Assembly (NCBI GenBank): GCA_965661285.1
Contig: CBFIDD010000001.1
Span: 500,852 to 564,851, forward strand
Direction of reading: 5' to 3'
DNA length: 64,000 bases
Source: Poseidonia sp.
GTDB taxonomy: Archaea; Thermoplasmatota; Poseidoniia; Poseidoniales; Poseidoniaceae
The notes beneath the pieces were generated by a model. The model saw only the letters and a program-made list of their open reading frames with translations. It was not told the origin of the DNA and did no database searches. Positions within the stretch are counted from its first letter, which is position 1. Every line of letters starts with the position of its first letter. Below, in pieces: positions 35,155 to 44,286 of the stretch. The translations under genes and the position numbers were made by a program.

Positions 35155-36501
35155 CTATTTTTGTGCCACGGTGAGGTTTTGACGGCGCAACCACACGGCT
35201 CCAAAACCGCTCACCGACGCAACGGCGAGAAGCGCGAATTGCAACATATGGCGTGGATTGTTGGACGTGAGAAGAAGAGAAAAGCACACCAACCAAGCCA
35301 CCATTCCAAGGAGCAGGAACCGTCGTTCACGCAGGGTAGTCCGGTCCTGCAAGTCGATGGAAACAAGGATGACACTCCCCCCCGCCAACAGAACTGCGGG
35401 ATAGAGGAGCCATGCAGCATCCGACATCAAGACCCCAAGGGGGGGACCCAGTAACAATGTGGCCCGAAACCACCAGGCTTCTGGATGGTGGGCTGCATCA
35501 AAACCAACGGTGGGAAGCAGCATGGAAAGCGCACCAAAGAACAGCAACAGGGCCACGCCCTTCCAACCTGCAATGAACGCTTCCGATCCTTCTCCGTAGA
35601 CGTGAAGGGCGTCGGCCGTCATCCCAGCGACGATCAGCAACACCATCGCAACGAAAGAGAAACACCAACCCAAGTTCACCGCTTGAGACGACCCCTGTGT
35701 TTTGAGGCTCTCTGCCACCGTGGAGAAGGCGTGCGGGAGGGCGACCCATGTGCCGTAGGTTGCGATCATGAGGCCAACGGCGAGCCGCTCATCGCGCAAC
35801 GGACGGTCCCACCAGATCGAGGTGAACACCTCCGTTTGAAACAAGCACGCCCAAGCCACAACGCCTGCAACCAGCATCTTGAAAATGGCCCGTTGAAACA
35901 AGAGCGATGTCTCGCCACTCGTTGCCAAGTGAGCCGTTGCGGTGAGAATCTCACCCGACATCATCAAGAGAAGCGTGAAGAGGACGACGAGGAAAAAGGC
36001 CGACAAGTTCGCAATGTCTACGGTTGGTCGTTGAGGAAGGGTCTCAGGCGAGGCATACATGTCCTGCTGAAACAACAACATGAGCAGCATGACGGCCCAA
36101 ACACCGGCGTGTGTCATCATCCGAGAGCGCACAAAGTCCGAGGTCTCAGGCGAACAGCCGCGCAGACTCGGAAGATTGGGTGCGAACAGCGCAAACCCAA
36201 GGAAAGCGAACAACGCCCCTTCCAATGCACCTTGACCGGTGAACAACAGACGTATTTTCTCTGAAATGGAGGCGCCTTGGTCAAGCGTGAGCGCCACCTC
36301 GGGGTTGAGCGACGAGAGGCTGAGGATGTCAAACGCCCTCGAAACCACCAACCCTGCGACCATGAGCGGTGGCGTCCATCGGTAGAGCCGTAGAACGAAG
36401 CGGCGCTCTCGGAGGGCGCCTTCGAGGGAGAATGCAAACGCCCAGGCAAGACACGACAAGAAGAGAACTGGCAGATACCACGACACCGAGGAGGCCAGCA
36501 T
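35155..36501 (-). CDS. Hypothetical polytopic membrane protein (12 or more TM)
   Basis: Continuous hydrophobic ORF; start MLASSVSW. Confidence 0.75.
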   Translation of the reverse strand: MLASSVSWYLPVLFLSCLAWAFAFSLEGALRERRFVLRLYRWTPPLMVAGLVVSRAFDILSLSSLNPEVALTLDQGASISEKIRLLFTGQGALEGALFAFLGFALFAPNLPSLRGCSPETSDFVRSRMMTHAGVWAVMLLMLLFQQDMYASPETLPQRPTVDIANLSAFFLVVLFTLLLMMSGEILTATAHLATSGETSLLFQRAIFKMLVAGVVAWACLFQTEVFTSIWWDRPLRDERLAVGLMIATYGTWVALPHAFSTVAESLKTQGSSQAVNLGWCFSFVAMVLLIVAGMTADALHVYGEGSEAFIAGWKGVALLLFFGALSMLLPTVGFDAAHHPEAWWFRATLLLGPPLGVLMSDAAWLLYPAVLLAGGSVILVSIDLQDRTTLRERRFLLLGMVAWLVCFSLLLTSNNPRHMLQFALLAVASVSGFGAVWLRRQNLTVAQK

Positions 36502-36572
36502 GGAGGGTATCACAGCGAGCCACCTTTTGATGATGGCGGAAGACCCAAAGACAAGACGCACGAGCACACAGC

Positions 36573-38333
36573 GTGCGAGGCCCGACCGACGCCGAAGAGG
36601 AACGGCGCGCCTACGCCGAACAATCGTCGCTGACGGCGTTGGTTCGACACCTTGGCCGAGACGTGGAAGCGTGGCTCGAAAAAGCCCTCGAACCGCTCCC
36701 CGAGACCTTTCGAATTTCCCTCCACCGAAACGATCGCCAGTGGACCGTCGCCCAAGTCAAGACCCTCGGTGCGGAGCCGATTCCTTGGATGCCTGATGAA
36801 ACCGCGTTTACGATGCCGTTTGCACGTGGTAGAGCACCCGAGGGGTTGGCCAAACGACTGATGGCGTTGTTGCACGAAACCGGCCGCATCACTCGTCAAG
36901 AGGCTGCGAGCATGCTCCCCGTTCGTTTGTTGAAGCATGAACAGGGCATGTTGGCGCTGGACATGTGCGCCGCTCCGGGGTCAAAGACCACACAACTCGG
37001 TGAAGTACTCCATCCCAACGGCGTGGTGGTGGCCAACGAACCGGTTTCGGGACGGCTCAACATGTTGGTGAGCAACCGAAGCCGTTTGGGCCTGACCAAC
37101 ATTGTGGTCACCCAACACGACGGTCGCCATTTCGCCCGACTCCCCCCTCCTGGTTTTGATGCCGTCATCGCAGATGTCCCCTGTACCGGAACAGCCACGA
37201 CCCGAAAAAACCGAGATGTGTGGTGGGATTGGACCCCAAAGGAAAGCCGAAGGATGTTCAAGATGCAAGTTGACATCACGATGAGGGGGGCCTCCCTCTT
37301 GGTACCGGGCGGGCACATGGTGTACTCCACCTGCAGCATTGACCCGGTGGAAAACGAAGCCGTGGTCGCCGAAATCTTGCGCCGTTGCCCTCACCTTGAA
37401 CTCGTTCCAATGAGCCTTGAGGGCGTAACGCTCCACCCTGGTTTGACCCAGTGGCCACTTCTGGATGAAGAAGGAGCGCGCGTTGACGCAAAGGGGGCTG
37501 AGCAATTACCGTTTTTTGATGCCGCCCACCTCGCTCCCTCAACGCGCATTGAGCAAGGTGTGGGCGAGGAAGGCATCGAAAACGTCATCCTTGAACAACT
37601 CCCAAGATGTATGAGATTGTGGCACGACGACAACGACACGGGTGGATTTTTTGTCGCCCAATTTCGACACAAAACCGAGTCATCTCCCGAAGGCGTGGCA
37701 CAAGCCTTCCGATCGAGGCGAGCGACCCGGAGGGCCGAAGGCTGGACACCTACCGTAAAAACGCCCCCAAAAGCCACGGCGAATTCGGTGGTCGTCGCCG
37801 ATGATGAGGTGGTGGGCCATCTGGAACAACTGTACGGTATGGCATTGAACGACTATTCACTTTGGCAGCGAGGGAAGCGGTTCAACCTCGCTCCGCCGCT
37901 GGTCTACGAACGCCTCTACAAACCCCCTTCGCCGACCAACAAAGGCGACGTTTGGGGCGGTGATTCCTTCCACCCCATGCGCGTGGTTCACGCGGGGCTT
38001 CCAGCCTTTACGTTGAAGAAGAATTCATGGCGCAGTCGACAAGAAGCCCTGTATGCCTTTGGCGAAGGGTTTGAACGCAACGTTTTGGTCGTTGAGCCTT
38101 CGCAGTTCATTCGCATTTTGCGCGGTTGGGCGCCGCTGCTTGAGGAATTTTACGACGAGGTTGAGACCGAAGCGTTGCCGAAGGGGGCCTTCCTTCTCCG
38201 AAGCGATTTACCGTGGGGGCAAGAGACCATTTCGGTATGGATTGGGGCGCGTATCACGTTGATGATTGATACCAACGAGCAGAATATTTTGCGCCACAAA
38301 TTGGATTTGCCATGGCGTGATGAGGAGGAGTGA
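36573..38333 (+). CDS. RsmB/NOP2/NSUN family RNA m5C methyltransferase
   Basis: QEAASMLP, LDMCAAPGSKT, ADVPCTG, VYSTCS..ENEAVV, GGFFVA. Confidence 0.93.
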   Translation: MRGPTDAEEERRAYAEQSSLTALVRHLGRDVEAWLEKALEPLPETFRISLHRNDRQWTVAQVKTLGAEPIPWMPDETAFTMPFARGRAPEGLAKRLMALLHETGRITRQEAASMLPVRLLKHEQGMLALDMCAAPGSKTTQLGEVLHPNGVVVANEPVSGRLNMLVSNRSRLGLTNIVVTQHDGRHFARLPPPGFDAVIADVPCTGTATTRKNRDVWWDWTPKESRRMFKMQVDITMRGASLLVPGGHMVYSTCSIDPVENEAVVAEILRRCPHLELVPMSLEGVTLHPGLTQWPLLDEEGARVDAKGAEQLPFFDAAHLAPSTRIEQGVGEEGIENVILEQLPRCMRLWHDDNDTGGFFVAQFRHKTESSPEGVAQAFRSRRATRRAEGWTPTVKTPPKATANSVVVADDEVVGHLEQLYGMALNDYSLWQRGKRFNLAPPLVYERLYKPPSPTNKGDVWGGDSFHPMRVVHAGLPAFTLKKNSWRSRQEALYAFGEGFERNVLVVEPSQFIRILRGWAPLLEEFYDEVETEALPKGAFLLRSDLPWGQETISVWIGARITLMIDTNEQNILRHKLDLPWRDEEE

Positions 38334-38334
38334 C

Positions 38335-39477
38335 ATGCGACATCTCGTGCTCTGCATCATCGTTGGGTTGCTGCTCGTTCCGTCCCTCTCGGCCGAAGAA
38401 GAGGCGTGGGCCATTCACGCCGAAGACGAAATTTCAACCCGCTTATCGGGTGGACTTTCCGAGGTGTATCTGCCTTCGGGGCTTGGAGGCGAGGCAACCG
38501 TGCCCGATGGCTATGTTCAGTGGAATTGGTGGTCATGGAGCGACGAAGTCGGGTCGGATTGGCCGGACGACGATGCGATTTACAGGGCTTCGAATCGCAA
38601 CATCTCACTCAATCAATCCGACACGGAAGCTGCGGTTGAGAACCATGCCCTGGCCGGCGACGACATGGTGGAATTGGCCGGTAATGTGAAAGTGGTTTCC
38701 GCAGAAGACCGTGTACGAATGGTGGCGTTTGACCTCTCGCTCACGCCACTTCAAAACCTCAGTAACCACACCATCCTCTATGTGGTGCTGACCGAAAACA
38801 TCGCCGAGGACCAGCACCGACGTCAAACCGAACATCTCGTTCGAGAAATGCGACCCGAAGTGGCCTTTTCTGTCAAAGCCAACACCACGACCGATGTCGT
38901 GTCCATGCTGCCAGCCGACCATCTTGCGGCTGCGGGCGTTGACCTCGCCGAGGAGCCGACCGGTTGGTCCTACTCCGTGGCTGTGTTTGGAAGCGAGGTG
39001 GAGGAAAACGGGACGGCGCGATTGTTGGCCTTGGCCCACGGTGATTTGCCGGCGCCTTCACGACACACGGGGATGGGGGAGGCGTGGACACCGTTGTTGC
39101 TCACAGCCATCACCGCCGTTGTTGCGGTGTTCATTGTCCTCGCTGTGCGTCAGCGTGAACAAGCAATTCCAAAACTCCAAGCCACATGGCACAGCGGACA
39201 ATCGACCACGACCGTCATCAACATCCAAGCAGGCCACCACAACTTCCGTATCACAAACTGGCACGTGACGCCGCCTTGGCGTTTCCGAGGTCGGCCACCC
39301 AAGTTGAATCTTGATGCTGGCGAATCAAAAACCGTCGTGGTCGATTTCCGAGAACCGCATACGGAGGACTGCCATCTCGAAGTGGCCATTGACATCGAGG
39401 AATACGGTGCGTGGCGACAACATCTTTGGTTGAAGGCGAGAGAAGGCCAGGGCTCGTTCCATTCCCAAGAAGAGTAA
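38335..39477 (+). CDS. Hypothetical membrane-anchored protein
   Basis: Signal peptide, external domain, TM, C-terminal beta domain; GAGGAG SD within the upstream gene's last codons. Confidence 0.75.
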   Translation: MRHLVLCIIVGLLLVPSLSAEEEAWAIHAEDEISTRLSGGLSEVYLPSGLGGEATVPDGYVQWNWWSWSDEVGSDWPDDDAIYRASNRNISLNQSDTEAAVENHALAGDDMVELAGNVKVVSAEDRVRMVAFDLSLTPLQNLSNHTILYVVLTENIAEDQHRRQTEHLVREMRPEVAFSVKANTTTDVVSMLPADHLAAAGVDLAEEPTGWSYSVAVFGSEVEENGTARLLALAHGDLPAPSRHTGMGEAWTPLLLTAITAVVAVFIVLAVRQREQAIPKLQATWHSGQSTTTVINIQAGHHNFRITNWHVTPPWRFRGRPPKLNLDAGESKTVVVDFREPHTEDCHLEVAIDIEEYGAWRQHLWLKAREGQGSFHSQEE

Positions 39478-39508
39478 GGGTTGTAGAGCACCACACACTG
39501 GCGAGGCT

Positions 39509-39967
39509 ATGGACCTCGACGAGACGGACCAAGCCCTGTTGAAACGGCTTCACGAAGATGCCCGAGTCAGCCATCGACAACTCGCACGTGAACTGGGGAT
39601 TGCCCAAGGAACGGTCACGAACCGCATTCGCCGTCTCGAGAACGAGGGCGTGATCGAAGGCTACCGGGTGGCACTCAACACCGGGGCGCTGGGATGGACC
39701 ATGACGATCATGGCGGGTTTGCGCATCCAGAAAGGGCGCATGATCGATGTCCAGCAGAAAATCTCTGCCGACCCGAGGGTGTTCGCTGTGTACGACGTCA
39801 CGGGTGACTGGGATTCCATCGTCCTGGCGAAGGTCAAAGACCGCGCAGATTTGGACAATTTGACAAAAACGGTGTTTACACTCGACGGTGTCGCACGCTC
39901 GTACACGCACGTCGTCCTCAACACCGTCAAAGAAGAGGCGTTTCCGTCGCTCTCACCGGGAGCGTAA
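39509..39967 (+). CDS. Lrp/AsnC family transcriptional regulator
   Basis: LDETDQALL..DARVSHRQLARELG..RIRRLENEGVI (HTH); YDVTGDWD. Confidence 0.93.
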   Translation: MDLDETDQALLKRLHEDARVSHRQLARELGIAQGTVTNRIRRLENEGVIEGYRVALNTGALGWTMTIMAGLRIQKGRMIDVQQKISADPRVFAVYDVTGDWDSIVLAKVKDRADLDNLTKTVFTLDGVARSYTHVVLNTVKEEAFPSLSPGA

Positions 39968-40447
39968 ACCTTCGTCGTACACGTCGACCAGCGGGCCCAA
40001 CGCGCCGACAAGACCCGACAAGCCTTCGACCACACGAGTTTCTGGCTTGAGGCAGCGCATGAGCGTTGAGCGAAGTCGCTCTTCAATACGAACGTCCAGC
40101 GATTCCAAATTACGGCGAATCGTGGTTTGGAGTCGCCCCCCTGTTCGGTCCCAATCCATCAACACGATGATGCTCGGCCCGCCGTCGTGGACGCTCTTTC
40201 GACCGTATGTTTCGACCAGATAGACCAGCACATCATCCACCGGCCACCCTCGGTTTAACACCTCGATCGGGCCTTGAAACCCGTAGGCTTCGAGTGCTTC
40301 TCGGTCTCGCCGACCTTCAACAAACACGACGGCGTTGGCCTCCCGGTTTCGTTGGCGTGCTTCAGCCAGCGCCTGCGCTGCTTTGTGCCAGCGCACTTCA
40401 GCATTGGACGGGCCGCGCCCGATGCCGTGATAGGAATCCGAACTCAA
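39953..40447 (-). CDS. TOPRIM domain protein (RNase M5-like)
   Basis: VFVEGRRDREAL and IIVLMDWDRTG motifs. Confidence 0.85.
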   Translation of the reverse strand: MSSDSYHGIGRGPSNAEVRWHKAAQALAEARQRNREANAVVFVEGRRDREALEAYGFQGPIEVLNRGWPVDDVLVYLVETYGRKSVHDGGPSIIVLMDWDRTGGRLQTTIRRNLESLDVRIEERLRSTLMRCLKPETRVVEGLSGLVGALGPLVDVYDEGLRSR

Positions 40448-40767
40448 TCCGTCGCCTCCAGATGGTCCTGTATGCGCTGCGCAATGGCAGCCACATCTCG
40501 CACCTCGATGCGGACCGATTTCAACCTTGAGCGGTGACCTGTCGTGATGGAAAGATGATGCACTGGAATCTCAAACGTGGCGGCGAGGACGTGCAAGACG
40601 GCTTGATTGGCTTGGCCTTGCTTGGCTGCGGCCCTCACGGCAACGGAAAGGCGTTGGCGCCATCGGTTCAATCCCGTGATGCCTTGTATTTTTGAGGAGG
40701 GTTGAACTTCAATGTCAAGGCTGACCGAGCCGTCAAGGGTCGTGGAAAGACAGGAAATCGGAGCCAT
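40444..40767 (-). CDS. DUF167 (YggU/UPF0235) family protein
   Basis: VQPSS, AVRAAAKQGQAN, ITTGHRSRLKSVRI. Confidence 0.85.
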   Translation of the reverse strand: MAPISCLSTTLDGSVSLDIEVQPSSKIQGITGLNRWRQRLSVAVRAAAKQGQANQAVLHVLAATFEIPVHHLSITTGHRSRLKSVRIEVRDVAAIAQRIQDHLEATD

Positions 40768-40981
40768 AAGTTACGCTCTTCGCGGGGGGTTCAAGTAGCA
40801 TCGCCCGGATAGTAAAAGTGAGGCACGGAATGGTGGCGGAATCGTTCAATTTCAAGGCGAAAAAATCGCGAATAAAACGCATAACGGCTCGCCATGTAGC
40901 CTTCGAAAAAATCAGAGGTTCTAGCCCCCACCAAGCAACGCTTAAGGAGGGGCTACACGGCCGGTTCAACAGGGTGGTTGC

Positions 40982-41965
40982 ATGGTAGCAGAAGATACTG
41001 TCTTTGCTGTTCTCTATGATAAGTTCATGTTTTGGTCCATTCTGGTCGGAATTTTTACTTTCGGCTGGTTGTTTTTGGCCATGCTTCGCTATCGAGACGG
41101 CGTCGAGCCCGATACCACACAAATCGACCACATCGAGGTGGGTTCGTTCCCGGTCGACCGACACAACACCAAACTTGAGGTGTTTTTCTACGTCCTGCCG
41201 ACGGCCATCGTTGCGTGGCTCATCGTCCTCGCCCTCTCATCCAACACGGCGGTTTGGGTCATCCCTGAGGAAGCCGAAGCTCACGACATGAAAATCATCG
41301 GCAAGCAGTGGTTCTGGGAATACGAGTATAAAGACGCCCTGACATGGGAAGACGACCCCGCCATCACCTACATCGACGTTGACTGGAGCGGTACGGCCCT
41401 GACCGTGTCAAGTACCAACGCTGCTGCGGTGAATGTTTCCATTCAGAAAGGTGCAGATTCCCTTCCAGGGAAGTCGCTTGACACTGTAACAGGAGATGCA
41501 CTCATCGAGGAGACCTTTGACCCCTACAAGCATTCCATCGTTGAGGTAACCGACGCAGACGGAAACGTGCTCCACACCTGGATGCACATCCCTAAGCAAC
41601 ACGTGTTCTCCTCTGCCCTTGGCGAAGACATGATTCTTCCTTGCGATGAGGCGGTCGTGTTTGAGATGCACTCCGCCCCCTCTGACGACTCTAACCCCAA
41701 CTACATCGGCGTCCAGCATTCGTTCTGGCTCCCTGAATGGGGCGTCAAAGAAGACTTGGTGCCCGGCATCGAAGGTGGCACCTACATGACCATCACCGCC
41801 GACGACCCCGGCACCTTCCCCATCCGTTGTGCAGAGTACTGTGGCAACCAGCACTCCATGATGATCGGTCAAGTCAAGATCGTCGCCGCTGAAGGCACCG
41901 ATTGTTCGGTTGACACCGGCGTCAAGAAGAGTGGCGAGTCGCCCCCTGCTGGAGGTGCGTACTGA
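40982..41965 (+). CDS. coxB: Cytochrome c oxidase subunit II with ~100-aa insert
   Basis: 2 TM; GKQWFWEYEY; CuA ligands VQHSFW and CAEYCGNQHSMM. Confidence 0.93.
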   Translation: MVAEDTVFAVLYDKFMFWSILVGIFTFGWLFLAMLRYRDGVEPDTTQIDHIEVGSFPVDRHNTKLEVFFYVLPTAIVAWLIVLALSSNTAVWVIPEEAEAHDMKIIGKQWFWEYEYKDALTWEDDPAITYIDVDWSGTALTVSSTNAAAVNVSIQKGADSLPGKSLDTVTGDALIEETFDPYKHSIVEVTDADGNVLHTWMHIPKQHVFSSALGEDMILPCDEAVVFEMHSAPSDDSNPNYIGVQHSFWLPEWGVKEDLVPGIEGGTYMTITADDPGTFPIRCAEYCGNQHSMMIGQVKIVAAEGTDCSVDTGVKKSGESPPAGGAY

Positions 41966-44286
41966 TGCGAGGTCGTGTCACGCTCCTGCTCGGCGTGCTC
42001 TTGGTCGCATTGATGGCCGCACCTCAATTCACAGCTGCTCCCGGCGGCATTGGCTCTGCCGGCGACCAAGGTTGTACCTGTCACGGCGGTGCCTCCCCCG
42101 ACACCACGGTTCTCGTGGACGGCCTCCCTGAAACCTACAACGCCAGCGAGACGTACACCTTCACCGTCACCGTGCAAAACGACGTAATGGAAATCAACGA
42201 GGTCGACTGGAACGGACGAGCCGGTGGATTCCGCATCCTCGCGTCCCACGGCGACATCACCGCCGTGCCCGAATCCTACAGCCAAATGATGGACGGTGGA
42301 CTCACCCACACGGAAGAAGCCAACACCGTTCGCTCGTGGACCTTCGAATGGACCGCTCCCGCTGCTGACGACCTCAACGTCGAGATGACCATTTACGGCA
42401 ACGCTGTGAACGGTGGAAACGGTGCTGGAGGCGACCACTGGAACGTCGCCACCGTCGCCGTCGCAGGGATCAATGCTGGCGCCGTTGCAGCCAGTGCCAG
42501 CGCCCTTGTGATTTTCCTGACCTCCATTGGACTCGCTGCCGGCCTCATCTTTGCGGGTATCTTGTGGGTGTTCTACCGCCGCTCACCCGAGACCTTCACC
42601 ATGGAACGGTTCTGGAGCTTCCTTAAGCCGTGGCTGACCACAACCGACCACAAAGAAGTCGGCATCATGTACTTCCTGTTCGGGTTCTTCTTCTTCCTCG
42701 TTGGTGGACTGTTGGCCCTGCTCTTCCGCATTCAGTTGGCGCTGCCTGAGAACGATTTCCTCACCTACGACGAGTACAACTCCTTCTTCACGCTGCACGG
42801 AACGACGATGATTTTCCTCGCCGCCATGCCGATGATTGCTGGATTCATGAACTACATCCTCCCGCTTCAAATCGGCGCCAAAGACCTCGCTTTCCCACGC
42901 ATCAACGCCATGGGTCTGTGGTTGCTCGTCTTCTCCGCACCCCTCATTTTCACCGGCGTCTTTTCAGGTGAGGGTGCTGACATCACGTGGGTCATGTACC
43001 CGCCCTATTCCTCACTCAACGAGGCAAACCTCGGGTCAACCCTCGCCGATTACGGTTCGAACCCCGGCACAACGGCGTTCATTTCAGGCATGCTCATGCT
43101 CGGTGCTTCCTCGACCTTGGGCGGTGTGAACTTCATCACCACCGTGTTCACCATGCGTGCGCCCGGTGTGACGTGGATGAAGATGCCGCTGTTCACCTGG
43201 TCGGTCTTCATCAGCGTGTTCATGCTCTTCATGTCCCTGCCCGCACTCATCATCGGTGTGGCCTTCCTTCTGTTTGACCACACCATCGGAACGCAGTTCT
43301 TCGTTGCCGGGGGCGACCCGTTGCTCTTCCAACATCTGTTCTGGTTCTTCGGCCACCCCGAAGTCTACGTCGTCATCGTGCCGGCCTTCGGTATCGTTTC
43401 AGAGGTGCTCGCCACCTCCGCACGCCGCTCCATCTTCGGCTACAAATCGATGGTGTTCGCCATGGCCGGTATTGGTATCGTCGGTTTCATCGTGTGGGGC
43501 CACCACATGCTAACCTCCGGTATGGACCCGTTCTGGCGTGCGCTTTTCATGATCATGACCATGCTCGTCGCCATCCCGACCGGTGCGAAGATCTTCAACT
43601 GGCTCGCCACCCTGTGGGGCGGCTCGCTGGTGATGAAAACCCACACCCTCTGGTCGTTGGGCTTCCTGGTCACCTTCACGCTGGGTGGTATCTCAGGTAT
43701 GTTCTTTCCCGTGGCTGGTCTTGACATCCACTTCCACGATTCCTACTTCGTGGTGGCTCACTTCCACTACGTGTTCATCGGTGGTACCGTCTTTGCCCTG
43801 TTCTCTGCTGTCTACTACTGGTTCCCGAAGGCCACTGGACGCAAACTCAACGAAACCCTCGGACTGTGGCACTTCCTCATCGGCTTTGCCTCTTACAACG
43901 CTGCCTTCTGGCCCATGCACGCCCTAGGTATCATGGGCATGCCTCGACGAACCCACACCTACACCATTGAATCCGGCTTTGCAGAATACAACATGGCCGT
44001 CTCGACCTTCGCCTTCATCTTCGGTATCAGCCAACTTCTGCTTGTCTGGAACATCATATACTCTGCACGACGTGGAGAACCCGTGGGCAAGGACCCATGG
44101 GGCGGCTGGTCCCTCGAATGGTCCACGACCTCCCCGCCGCCGACGCCTTCTTTCCACGACATTCCTACGCAGTACGATAAGAATGAGGAATTCGGTCATC
44201 ACAAGGACGAACCGTCCTTGATGGACAGGCTGGTGAAAGCAGAACCGAAAGGTATTGTCGTCGGTCATGTGGAGGGAGAAGAATGA
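41965..44286 (+). CDS. coxA: Cytochrome c oxidase subunit I (A1 type) with N-terminal secreted Reeler-like domain
   Basis: TTTDHKEVG, TLHG, D.AFPRIN, WFFGHPEVY, WGHHM, PTGAK, FHDSYFVVAHFHYV, GMPRR; ~220-aa N-terminal extension. Confidence 0.95.
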   Translation: MRGRVTLLLGVLLVALMAAPQFTAAPGGIGSAGDQGCTCHGGASPDTTVLVDGLPETYNASETYTFTVTVQNDVMEINEVDWNGRAGGFRILASHGDITAVPESYSQMMDGGLTHTEEANTVRSWTFEWTAPAADDLNVEMTIYGNAVNGGNGAGGDHWNVATVAVAGINAGAVAASASALVIFLTSIGLAAGLIFAGILWVFYRRSPETFTMERFWSFLKPWLTTTDHKEVGIMYFLFGFFFFLVGGLLALLFRIQLALPENDFLTYDEYNSFFTLHGTTMIFLAAMPMIAGFMNYILPLQIGAKDLAFPRINAMGLWLLVFSAPLIFTGVFSGEGADITWVMYPPYSSLNEANLGSTLADYGSNPGTTAFISGMLMLGASSTLGGVNFITTVFTMRAPGVTWMKMPLFTWSVFISVFMLFMSLPALIIGVAFLLFDHTIGTQFFVAGGDPLLFQHLFWFFGHPEVYVVIVPAFGIVSEVLATSARRSIFGYKSMVFAMAGIGIVGFIVWGHHMLTSGMDPFWRALFMIMTMLVAIPTGAKIFNWLATLWGGSLVMKTHTLWSLGFLVTFTLGGISGMFFPVAGLDIHFHDSYFVVAHFHYVFIGGTVFALFSAVYYWFPKATGRKLNETLGLWHFLIGFASYNAAFWPMHALGIMGMPRRTHTYTIESGFAEYNMAVSTFAFIFGISQLLLVWNIIYSARRGEPVGKDPWGGWSLEWSTTSPPPTPSFHDIPTQYDKNEEFGHHKDEPSLMDRLVKAEPKGIVVGHVEGEE

